Source: a bacterium
GTDB lineage: Bacteria > JAHJDO01
Direction of reading: 5' to 3'
Assembly (NCBI GenBank): GCA_043824255.1
Contig: JBDRTG010000021.1
Span: 9,377 to 73,376 of the forward strand
Length of the DNA: 64,000 bases
The translations under genes were made by a program, and so were the position numbers. Within the stretch, counting starts at the first letter, position 1. Every line of letters starts with the position of its first letter. The notes under the pieces are model-generated. The model was not told the origin of the DNA, did no database searches, and was given only the letters and a program-made list of their open reading frames with translations. Shown in pieces: positions 41,207-50,057 of this stretch.

Positions 41207-42436
41207 TTATGCTCCTTTATTTTTATTAATTAGTTCAACAATTCTATCCCAGATTCTATGGGCTACTTCTTCTTTAGTCCACTTTGGTAATTCTTCCACA
41301 TTATTGTTTCTATCGATTATTTTTACAATATTAGTCTCGCTTTCAAATCCTGCGTCAGGCTGGGTTACATCATTAACCACAATTAAATCCAGATTTTTCT
41401 TCTTTAATTTTATCTTGGCGTTTTTTACAAGATTATTGGTTTCTGCTGCAAAGCCGACAATAATTCTACCATTTTTTATTTTTCCCAGTTTTTCCAATAT
41501 ATCATCTGTAGGCTCCAAATCTATTTTTAACATGCCTTTTCTTTTTATTTTGTTTTTTTCTGTTTTTTGGGGTTTAAAATCACCAACAGCAGCAGCCATT
41601 ACTAAAATATCAGCATGTTCGAAATTATCCAGAACAGCTTTGCCCATTTGATCTGCAGTTTCCACTGAGATGTATTTTACACTCGCAGGAGGAGCTAAAA
41701 GTGTTTTTCCACTTATTAATGTTACATTTGCCCCTCTTACTCGTGCAGTATGTGCTAAGGCAAATCCCATTTTCCCTGTAGCTGGATTTCCAATAAATCT
41801 TACGGGGTCTATGTACTCTCTTGTGCCACCCGCTGTTACAAGAACTCTTTTCCCTTTCAGGTCATATGTATCAAAAAGATTACCTTCAATTAAGACGTCA
41901 ACAACATGCTGAATAATTGAGTCCACTGAGGCCAGTCTTCCCTCTCCTTCTTTTCCACATGCCAACTTTCCGTACTCAGGATTAATAAATTTGACACCAG
42001 CTATCCGAAGTTTTTTCTCATTATGAGAGTATATATGACTTTTGTACATTCTCTCATTCATAGCAGGAGCCATCAAAACAGGTTTGTTCCCGGTGGACAG
42101 TAATGTTGTAGAGAGAAGGTCATCTGAAATGCCACTTGCTACCTTCCCTATAATATTGGCAGTTGCCGGTGCTACAAGGAACAAGTCAGCACTATCACTT
42201 ATAGCTATATGAGTTAGTGGGTCTTCAAGTCCGCCTGAGGGAGGGAACATGTTAATATATACAGGATTATTGGAGAGTGTCCGTAATGTTGTCTCTCCAA
42301 TGAATTTAGCAGCATTTACCGTCATGACAACCCTGACATTTGCATTCAAGTCCTTTAATCTTCTTACTATTTCCGCTGCTTTGTATGCTGCAATGCTGCC
42401 CGTAACACCAAAAATTATTGTTTTTCCTGTTAGCAT
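41207..42436 (-). CDS. coaBC: Phosphopantothenoylcysteine decarboxylase/ligase
   Basis: GSIAAYKA, APATAN, PAMN, LACG, TAGGTRE.IDPVRFI, GFAAET. Confidence 0.97.
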   Translation of the reverse strand: MLTGKTIIFGVTGSIAAYKAAEIVRRLKDLNANVRVVMTVNAAKFIGETTLRTLSNNPVYINMFPPSGGLEDPLTHIAISDSADLFLVAPATANIIGKVASGISDDLLSTTLLSTGNKPVLMAPAMNERMYKSHIYSHNEKKLRIAGVKFINPEYGKLACGKEGEGRLASVDSIIQHVVDVLIEGNLFDTYDLKGKRVLVTAGGTREYIDPVRFIGNPATGKMGFALAHTARVRGANVTLISGKTLLAPPASVKYISVETADQMGKAVLDNFEHADILVMAAAVGDFKPQKTEKNKIKRKGMLKIDLEPTDDILEKLGKIKNGRIIVGFAAETNNLVKNAKIKLKKKNLDLIVVNDVTQPDAGFESETNIVKIIDRNNNVEELPKWTKEEVAHRIWDRIVELINKNKGA

Positions 42437-42437
42437 A

Positions 42438-42692
42438 TTACTTCTTCTTTTTTCCTTTTTTCTCTTTACCCTTCTCCATTACTTCAGGCTCTGTCTTTTC
42501 ACTCTTTACAGTCTCCCAACCTATCATTCCTGTTCTAATTTCCTCTAGGGCAATATTTACTGGCGTATCTTTAATATCTACAAGTTTCGGTGATCCTGCA
42601 TTAAGCTGTCTTGATCTCTTTGCAGCCATATTTAGCAGAATGAATATATTATCTGCTTTCCCTAAAAGTTCTTCGCTATTTGAATCTATCAC
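42438..42692 (-). CDS. rpoZ: RNA polymerase omega subunit
   Basis: AAKRSRQL, PVNIALEEI; lies upstream of coaBC. Confidence 0.9.
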   Translation of the reverse strand: MIDSNSEELLGKADNIFILLNMAAKRSRQLNAGSPKLVDIKDTPVNIALEEIRTGMIGWETVKSEKTEPEVMEKGKEKKGKKKK

Positions 42693-42703
42693 GTTTTCCT
42701 CCT

Positions 42704-45382
42704 TTATTCTAAAAAACTTTTAACCTTATCCAGGTTTTCTATTAATTTTACCCTATTTTTACTAATCATTTCCCTTTTTTTGTGCTGATTTTTTATAACA
42801 TCTTTTGGTGCTTTACCTAAGAAATCTTGATTATCAATCTTTCTGCCTATCTTCTCAAATTCCTCTTCTAATTTAGCAATCTTTTTTTCAAGACGGTTTT
42901 TCTCTGAAGCAAAATCGAATTTATCTCCCAAACACAAAAATACCGCTATCCCAGATTTAGTAAGATCTGAAGGAAATGGAGAACTAACCTTTATATTATA
43001 ACCTATTTTCACATCTGTAGCATGTAATAATCTTTGCATTCCTATTCTATCTGAACTCAGTGCTTTTTCCTCCTCTATACTGGTCGTCTTGACTATATAA
43101 TTGAGATCTTCTGATAAAGGAATATTCCAATCCCCTCTCAAATTTCTACCAACATTAATAACCTCATATTTAAGCATTGCTTTGTTAGTTTCTTCCCAAT
43201 TAACATATCTAGAATCTGCCTCTGGCCAGGATGATATCATAATACTTTTATCTAAATCCGTATCTACAGTCTTTCTTAGATTCTGCCATATTTCTTCTGT
43301 GATAAACGGTATGAAAGGATGTAATAACTTAAGACTTTGCTTCAACACGTGAAATAGTACTGCTCGAGCTGCAGCGCAACCTGTTTCCTCAGACATTCTA
43401 TGCTTTATTATTTCCAGATACCAGTCACAGAATTCATGCCAGAAGAAGTTATAGATTTTACTTGCAGCTTCATTGAACTTGTACCTTTCCAGACTTTCAG
43501 TTAGAGATACAATGGTTTGATTTAATTTAGTTAAGATGAACCAATCATCTGATGCCAAATTATGAGAAGTCAAGTCAATATTTAAGTTCTTATACCCTGC
43601 TAAATTTGTTATTGAAAAACGTCCAGCATTCCACAATTTATTACAGAAATTCCTTGCTCCTTCTATTCTTGTAGTTGTCAACAGAATATCCTGCCCTCCC
43701 AAGGTTGAGAGGTCTGCAAGAGCCAATCGCAATGTATCAGCGCCGTATTGGTTAACAAGATCTATGGGATCAATTACATTCCCAGCGGATTTGCTCATTT
43801 TCTTTCCTGAAGAATCTCTGACAATCCCATGAAGATAAACTCTCTCAAAAGGAATCTTGTCCATAAACTGCAGTCCCATCATAATCATACGTGCAACCCA
43901 AAAATATATTATGTCATATCCAGTAACCAATACTGTTGTAGGATAGAAATGACCTAACTCTTTTGTCTGGTTAGGCCATCCCATTGTAGCAAAAGGCCAC
44001 AAGGCAGAGCTAAACCATGTATCAAGCACATCAGAATCCTTCTCCAGATCCATGCTTTCACATCTGGCGCATTTCAAAGGTTTTTCTATGTCTACTATTA
44101 TTTCTCCACAATTATTGCAATACCAAACTGGTATTTCGTGTCCCCACCAGATCTGCCTTGAAATACACCAGTCCTTAATGTTCTCCATCCAGTTTAAGTA
44201 AACCTTTTCCCATCTAGACGGTGAAAACCTTATTTTACCGCTGGTTACAGCCTTTATCGCAGGTTGAGCTAATGATTTCATACTAACAAACCATTGCTTG
44301 GAAACTAATGGCTCCACAACAGTATGACATCTTGAGCAATGCCCTACATTGTGAAGATGACTTTCTATCTTCAAGAGATACCCTTCTTTTTTTAGATCTT
44401 CCACTAATTTTTCTCTGCAGGAATATCTATCCATTCCATCATAAACACCCGCATTTTTATTCATTCTGCCTTTTTCATCTATGACAACGACTTGTTTCAG
44501 ATTATGCGCAAGCCCAATTTCATAATCAACCGGATCATGAGCTGGCGTTACTTTAACCGCACCTGTTCCAAATGAGCTATCCACTCTCTCATCAGAAATA
44601 ACAGGAATTTTCCTTCCAACAATAGGCAATATAACTATCTTCTTTATAAACCTTTTATATCGTTTGTCCTGAGGGTGAACAGCAATTGCGGTATCTCCAA
44701 GCATTGTTTCTGGTCTAGTGGTAGCAATTACTATTTGGTCATTGCTTTGCTCTAAAGGATAATTAAGGTAGTACAGACTGCCTTTCAATTCCTTCCTTTC
44801 CACTTCTATATCTGAAATTGCTGTCTGACAACGGGGGCACCAATTAACAATATAATTATCTCTATATAGCAATTTATTTTTATACAACCTAATAAAGGCT
44901 TCCTTTACAGACCTTGCATAATCATCGTCCATCGTAAATCTTTCTCTTGACCAGTCACATGATGTCCCCAATCTTTTCAATTGACTTATTATTCTACTGC
45001 GATACTCTTCCTTCCATTTCCATGCATATTTAAGGAATTTTTCTCTACCAAGACTGTCTCGCGTTAGCCCTTCCTGAGCGAGTCTTTTCTCTATTACATT
45101 TTGTGTAGCAATTCCCGCATGGTCAGTTCCTGGTATCCATAGAGCATTAACCCCCTGCATCCTCTTCCATCTGACCAGAATATCCTGAAGAGTCTCGTCT
45201 AATGCATGCCCCATGTGCAGAACTCCAGTTACATTTGGCGGAGGAATGACAATACAGAACGATTTCTTACCAGAAGTTGCTTCTGCATGAAAGAATCCAT
45301 TCTTTTCCCAGAAAGCATACCACTTGTCTTCTACTTGTTTCGAGTCATATCTTTTCGATATCTCAGTCCCAGCTAAAACCAT
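42704..45382 (-). CDS. valS: Valine--tRNA ligase
   Basis: PPPNVTG.LHMGH, DHAGIATQ, DWCISRQ, KMSKS, C-terminal coiled coil. Confidence 0.98.
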   Translation of the reverse strand: MVLAGTEISKRYDSKQVEDKWYAFWEKNGFFHAEATSGKKSFCIVIPPPNVTGVLHMGHALDETLQDILVRWKRMQGVNALWIPGTDHAGIATQNVIEKRLAQEGLTRDSLGREKFLKYAWKWKEEYRSRIISQLKRLGTSCDWSRERFTMDDDYARSVKEAFIRLYKNKLLYRDNYIVNWCPRCQTAISDIEVERKELKGSLYYLNYPLEQSNDQIVIATTRPETMLGDTAIAVHPQDKRYKRFIKKIVILPIVGRKIPVISDERVDSSFGTGAVKVTPAHDPVDYEIGLAHNLKQVVVIDEKGRMNKNAGVYDGMDRYSCREKLVEDLKKEGYLLKIESHLHNVGHCSRCHTVVEPLVSKQWFVSMKSLAQPAIKAVTSGKIRFSPSRWEKVYLNWMENIKDWCISRQIWWGHEIPVWYCNNCGEIIVDIEKPLKCARCESMDLEKDSDVLDTWFSSALWPFATMGWPNQTKELGHFYPTTVLVTGYDIIYFWVARMIMMGLQFMDKIPFERVYLHGIVRDSSGKKMSKSAGNVIDPIDLVNQYGADTLRLALADLSTLGGQDILLTTTRIEGARNFCNKLWNAGRFSITNLAGYKNLNIDLTSHNLASDDWFILTKLNQTIVSLTESLERYKFNEAASKIYNFFWHEFCDWYLEIIKHRMSEETGCAAARAVLFHVLKQSLKLLHPFIPFITEEIWQNLRKTVDTDLDKSIMISSWPEADSRYVNWEETNKAMLKYEVINVGRNLRGDWNIPLSEDLNYIVKTTSIEEEKALSSDRIGMQRLLHATDVKIGYNIKVSSPFPSDLTKSGIAVFLCLGDKFDFASEKNRLEKKIAKLEEEFEKIGRKIDNQDFLGKAPKDVIKNQHKKREMISKNRVKLIENLDKVKSFLE

Positions 45383-45415
45383 TTTAAAATTTCCTTAATA
45401 ATGCTAAGTGGTATG

Positions 45416-45444
45416 ATTTTATGCTTTTTTAGACACAAAGTCAA
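45416..45444 (-). promoter_or_regulatory. sigma70-type promoter of the valS operon
   Basis: TTGACT-17 nt-TAAAAT on the - strand. Confidence 0.65.
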
Positions 45445-45470
45445 TTTTAGCACCTTTGTAATTAATGAGC

Positions 45471-46439
45471 TCAGGTTTGTTCATCTTGAGAAAGTTTTGG
45501 AGGCTTATGAAATATATAGAATATGCCACCGAAAAGATTTAAAATGAGTACAATAAGTCTTATAATTATTGACATGGTTACAGCTAAACCGCAAGCTCCG
45601 GTAACAAGTCCAAAGAAATATTTATACATGCTCTCTCCAAGTCCCCATCCTGCGAATGTGATTGGAACCACGCTTATAGTTGCAATAATTGGAATAAACA
45701 AAAAGAAATATTTCATTGAAACATTTAACCCCAGACCCAATGCTATCTGGTAATTTATCAATATGGACATAATCTGTATAACGATAGACATTAGAAAAAC
45801 CTCAGCAAGCAAGGCTTTTTTGGACCTGTAAATGTAGAACGCTGAGTACACACGCTTTAAAGAAACAACGGCTTTTTGCCACCTTTCCTTTTTTACAGTA
45901 AAGGAAATTTTTTTCATAAGGCGCTTGTTAAAAAAAACAATACATAAAATAGTTATCATCAAAAAAAACACGACTATACTTATTGCAGGTTTTCTAATCT
46001 GAGGATCTGATATAGCATAGAGACTTGCAACTGCACCTATCGTAAGAAGAGCTAACATGCCAACAATTCTGTCAATAAGTACTGTTGTCGCTGCTTCAAG
46101 TCTTTTATCAGTATGTTTCGACACATAATATGCCTTCACAACGTCTCCACCCGTCAGACTTGGCATAAAGGTATTAAAAAATAGTCCAATAAAATTCAGT
46201 TCTAATGTTTTGAAAAACGGAAGATATATGTCCTGCCCTTTGAGAAGTTCTTGCCATCTTAAGCAGGCTATGAAAACAATAACAATGTACAATCCAATTG
46301 CTATAAGAAGGCGTGATAACTCTATGCTTTTGATATGTTCTACTATTTTGTGAGGGCTAATATCCGGTCTTGAGAAAACATACCAGAGAATTCCTATACT
46401 AATACATAATTTCAGAATCCAAAACAGGGTTTTTTTCAT
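45471..46439 (-). CDS. Lysylphosphatidylglycerol synthase TM / UPF0104 flippase-like membrane protein
   Basis: RWQ.LL, FFNTFMPSLTGGDVVK, DRIVG, PITFAGWGLGE. Confidence 0.85.
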   Translation of the reverse strand: MKKTLFWILKLCISIGILWYVFSRPDISPHKIVEHIKSIELSRLLIAIGLYIVIVFIACLRWQELLKGQDIYLPFFKTLELNFIGLFFNTFMPSLTGGDVVKAYYVSKHTDKRLEAATTVLIDRIVGMLALLTIGAVASLYAISDPQIRKPAISIVVFFLMITILCIVFFNKRLMKKISFTVKKERWQKAVVSLKRVYSAFYIYRSKKALLAEVFLMSIVIQIMSILINYQIALGLGLNVSMKYFFLFIPIIATISVVPITFAGWGLGESMYKYFFGLVTGACGLAVTMSIIIRLIVLILNLFGGIFYIFHKPPKLSQDEQT

Positions 46440-46451
46440 GGATATTGCTTA

Positions 46452-47402
46452 TTATTTACTGCTTTTATACCACCTTACAAATTCAGCGATTCCATTTTCT
46501 ATAGAAACTTTGGGCTGGAAATTTAGCATCTTCTTGGATTTACTGATGTCTGCATATGTAATACTCACATCACCGGGCTGATTAGGAAGTTTTGTTATCT
46601 TTGCTCTTTTGCCAAGTTCTTCTTCTATCACGTTGATGAAATAATTTAATTCTATTGGATGAGAATTGCCAAGATTGAAAATTTCATATTCAAATTGCTT
46701 ATCTAGCGCAGATATTACTCCATCAATAATATCATCAACATAGGTGTAATCTCTTTTGGAATGTCCGTCTCCGAATCTTAGAAGTTCCTTTCCTTCATCA
46801 ACCCATTTTGTAAATTTATAGGTTGCCATGTCAGGTCTTCCTGATGGACCATATACAGTAAAAAATCTCAAACAAGAAATTGGTATGTTATAAAGATGGT
46901 GATATACATGACACATAACTTCTCCAGCCTTCTTAGTAGCTGCATATGGAGAAATTGCTTTATCCACATTGTCATGTTCAGAAAAGGGAATTTTTTTGTT
47001 ATTACCATACACAGAAGAAGAGGAAGCAAAAATAAAGTTCTTGACATTCTTGCTTAATTCCAGCAAATGCATTGTTCCTCTCAAATTGACATCTTCGTAA
47101 AGTAGCGGATTTTCAAGCGAAGGCCTAACTCCTGCCCTTGCAGCCAGATGAACAACTCTGCTTATTCTATTAGATGAGAAGATTTCCTTTAGAGAATTGA
47201 AATCGCGAATGTCAACTCTATATAGTTTGAAATTTTTCTGGCTAAGAAACTGTTTAATATTATTTTCCTTTATTAAAGGAGAATAATAATTATTAAAATC
47301 ATCCACACAAATGATAGACCTGTTATCATCTAATAATCTTCTTATAAGATGAGACCCAATAAAACCCGCACCACCTGTTACAAGAATGCGTTCATCTTTC
47401 AT
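46452..47402 (-). CDS. NAD-dependent nucleotide-sugar epimerase (UDP-glucuronate 4-epimerase-like)
   Basis: TGGAGFIG, HLAARAGVR, SSSSVYG, YAATK, RFFTVYGP.GRPDMA. Confidence 0.92.
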   Translation of the reverse strand: MKDERILVTGGAGFIGSHLIRRLLDDNRSIICVDDFNNYYSPLIKENNIKQFLSQKNFKLYRVDIRDFNSLKEIFSSNRISRVVHLAARAGVRPSLENPLLYEDVNLRGTMHLLELSKNVKNFIFASSSSVYGNNKKIPFSEHDNVDKAISPYAATKKAGEVMCHVYHHLYNIPISCLRFFTVYGPSGRPDMATYKFTKWVDEGKELLRFGDGHSKRDYTYVDDIIDGVISALDKQFEYEIFNLGNSHPIELNYFINVIEEELGKRAKITKLPNQPGDVSITYADISKSKKMLNFQPKVSIENGIAEFVRWYKSSK

Positions 47403-47537
47403 ATATCTACACCTTTCTATGGCTAAGTATAACGGAGTGAATATAGCATATGAGAAGGCAATTTACAATTTATCCTTCTCTCCCATACTCATCAAAGAAA
47501 CATACATCTTCAAGATTTCAATCGTCATCATTTTTCT

Positions 47538-48893
47538 TTACCAATTTTTGTCTATTGACGAGAATTCATCCAGTTTTTCATGTACTATTTTCTTTATCTC
47601 TTCAAGCCTTTCTTGAGTTTTAGCTTCAAATCTTAATACCAATAATGGCTGTGTATTTGATGCTCTTACCAGTCCCCAGCCATCTTTAAACAAAATCCTT
47701 ACTCCATCAATATCAATTGTGTCATATTTTGATTTAAAATATTTTTCTACACTGTCCATTACTTTAAATTTATCTTCTTCAGATGCGCAATTTACCCTTA
47801 TTTCAGGCGTGGAAAAATAATGCGGTATCTCTCTAACTATATCTGCCAACGATTTGTCCTTCGCAGATAGAAACTGGAGTAGTCTTCCAGATGCGTATAT
47901 GCCATCGTCATATCCAAAATAATTATCTGCAAAAAACATATGTCCGCTCATTTCTCCTGCCAGAGGAGCTTTATCTTCTCTCATTTTTTTCTTAATGATG
48001 GAATGTCCCGTTTTCCACATTATTGGCTCTCCTCCATGCGCTTGAATATCTTCTATCAATGCCAGAGAGCATTTAACATCAAATATTATCTTTGCTTTCC
48101 CCTTCGAAAGAATATCCCTCGCGTAAATAGCAAGCAACTTGTCCCCTCTAATTATGTTCCCTTCATTATCAATTGTGCCAACTCTGTCTGCATCCCCATC
48201 ATAGGCAATTCCAACATCTGCTTTTGTCTCTTTTACCTTTGCTATCAAATCAGCCACATATTTATCTACAGTAGGGTCAGGAAGATGGTTCGGAAAACTG
48301 CCATCAGATTCACAATAAAGAGGAATAACTTCACATCCCAAATCTCTAAACAATCTTGGCGCAATGTCACTGGCTGTTCCGTTTCCTGCATCAATAACAA
48401 CTTTAAGTTTCTTCTTTATCTCTATCTTTTCCTTGAGCGTTTGGAAATATGTCTGTTTAGGATCTTTTTCTTTGACAGTCCCCTCTCCGATTAAAAAATC
48501 ATTGGACTCTATAATTTTACTTAATTTCTGAATTTCCTTACCATATATTGAAGCAATTCCTTTAGATATCTTGAATCCATTGTATTCAATTGGATTATGG
48601 CTTCCTGTTATCATTATTCCTGCGTCTGCCTTATAATGCAGAATTGAAAAGTAAAGCATAGGTGTTGGACCTTCCCCAACATCAATAACATCACAGCCTG
48701 TTGAGAGAAGTCCGCTTATCAGCCAATTGTTCAATATTTTAGAGCTCAATCTGTTGTCATGCCCTACTGCAATCTTTCTGCCTTCCGACATATATGTGCC
48801 AACTGCCTTGCCAATGTTTACAACAACATCCTGCGTTAAGTCCTCTTTCACTAAGCCTCGAATATCATATTCTCTAAAAATTTGTTCATTCAC
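47538..48893 (-). CDS. Phosphomannomutase/phosphoglucomutase (AlgC-like)
   Basis: FREYDIRG, TGSHNP, DGDADR, GEMSGH, RASNT. Confidence 0.95.
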   Translation of the reverse strand: MNEQIFREYDIRGLVKEDLTQDVVVNIGKAVGTYMSEGRKIAVGHDNRLSSKILNNWLISGLLSTGCDVIDVGEGPTPMLYFSILHYKADAGIMITGSHNPIEYNGFKISKGIASIYGKEIQKLSKIIESNDFLIGEGTVKEKDPKQTYFQTLKEKIEIKKKLKVVIDAGNGTASDIAPRLFRDLGCEVIPLYCESDGSFPNHLPDPTVDKYVADLIAKVKETKADVGIAYDGDADRVGTIDNEGNIIRGDKLLAIYARDILSKGKAKIIFDVKCSLALIEDIQAHGGEPIMWKTGHSIIKKKMREDKAPLAGEMSGHMFFADNYFGYDDGIYASGRLLQFLSAKDKSLADIVREIPHYFSTPEIRVNCASEEDKFKVMDSVEKYFKSKYDTIDIDGVRILFKDGWGLVRASNTQPLLVLRFEAKTQERLEEIKKIVHEKLDEFSSIDKNW

Positions 48894-49447
48894 AGTTTCT
48901 CTCCTAAATTAAATGCGGATTTTAATAATTCTGATTGCTTTAGTATAGCATTCTTTTCATCAATTCCTGAACAGAAAAGTTCTTCCTTGTAATCTACATT
49001 AATAGTAACAAAGAAATTCTTTACAATCGATTTTGCATTATCGAAGAAATCTTTTCTGTTTGATCCCTCTACAGAAATGAAAGCCCCTATCTTTCTTTCT
49101 TCAAAAACTTGTTTTCTCAATATATTCTTCGCTCTCCAGACACATTGGAACCTGTCTATCATCATTTTGGTTTGCGCACTAAGACTTCCAAAAAATATTG
49201 GAGAAGCCAAAATTATAGCATCTGTTTCTTCCACCTTTCTATAAATAGTTTGCATATCGTCTTCAATTATGCAGAATCTATCATTGGGCATATTCTCGCA
49301 CTCCTGGCAGGGAGAAAATTTTAGATCATTTAAGACGATCTTTTCTACCCGAGCACCCTTATTTTTAGCGCCTTTCAATGCATTACCAAGAAGAATGTCT
49401 GTATTTCCACCCTTCCTTGGACTCCCATTTATTCCTAATACTTTCAT
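48890..49447 (-). CDS. Iron-sulfur flavoprotein / NADPH-dependent FMN reductase family
   Basis: NGSPRKGGNT, PCQEC, SPIFFG, KMMIDR. Confidence 0.88.
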   Translation of the reverse strand: MKVLGINGSPRKGGNTDILLGNALKGAKNKGARVEKIVLNDLKFSPCQECENMPNDRFCIIEDDMQTIYRKVEETDAIILASPIFFGSLSAQTKMMIDRFQCVWRAKNILRKQVFEERKIGAFISVEGSNRKDFFDNAKSIVKNFFVTINVDYKEELFCSGIDEKNAILKQSELLKSAFNLGEKL

Positions 49448-49570
49448 TTTAAACTCCTTATTTTCTTCTTGCCTCCCACTAACTCCAAGTATTGCTGTGG
49501 GAGGTGTCCATTAACACCTGTATTGGTAGCACATTAAACTCTGAACTGTTACAGAACATTATCATTTCAG

Positions 49571-49779
49571 TTAAATCTCAAAACAGACAGGAGAGCTCCA
49601 GGCCATTTCTTTATCCTTTTGGACAACTCTGACATAATAAAAAATAAATGGTCTGCAGTCAAGTTTCCATTTATTGTCGTTTTGGATTTCAGGTTGAGGA
49701 ATCTCTTCAAGCCTGTCTTTGTCAGGTCGCTTTTTTTAAATCCCCTCATTAAAATAGTATTTCCTGTTTTATTTTCCAT
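49571..49779 (-). pseudogene. Remnant of a DUF3604/CehA-McbA-like metallohydrolase gene (N-terminus fused out of frame to C-terminus)
   Basis: SD and ATG at 49779. An alternative frame ends FYYVRVVQKDKEMAWSSPVCFEI*, the typical C-terminus of this family. Confidence 0.6.
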
Positions 49780-49808
49780 TTTCTTCTCCTGTGAAGATTT
49801 AAAGATTT

Positions 49809-50025
49809 CTAAGAAATAAAATATTCTCTGCCGTTTTCCTCTGCGGATTTTTCCGCATAAACAACGCCCTTTATTACATCAAGAGTATCCTCCAGCGGGT
49901 AAGGGAGTTCTCCTGTTTTTATCATTTTGACGAAACTTCTTAACATTTCAACATAGGCAAGGAGACATGACAGGAGTATTGAATTTTTCCGGTCATTGCC
50001 GACTCCTCTGCCGCCAGAATGGTAT
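49809..50025 (-). pseudogene. C-terminal fragments of Gfo/Idh/MocA-like oxidoreductases
   Basis: YVEMLRSFVKMIKTGELPYPLEDTLDVIKGVVYAEKSAEENG* and, in another frame, TILAAEESAMTGK. No N-terminal Rossmann domain. Confidence 0.5.
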
Positions 50026-50034
50026 TGTCAAATT

Positions 50035-50057
50035 GTTACAGTTTAATTATTAAAAGT
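50035..50057. repeat. 23-bp direct repeat, copy 1
   Basis: GTTACAGTTTAATTATTAAAAGT, abutting the stop codon of 50057..53623. Confidence 0.85.

Noticed and set aside
42231..42244. CCGCCTGAGGGAGG near-palindrome in coaBC (PPSGG)
   Set aside because: Imperfect, a single copy, and the loop length looks normal for CoaBC.
45383..45415. T-box leader for valS
   Set aside because: The promoter is only ~33 nt from the start codon, and there is no T-box motif.
49567..49779. 70-aa ORF as an intact gene
   Set aside because: The recognisable protein motif lies in a different frame, so it is treated as a pseudogene.
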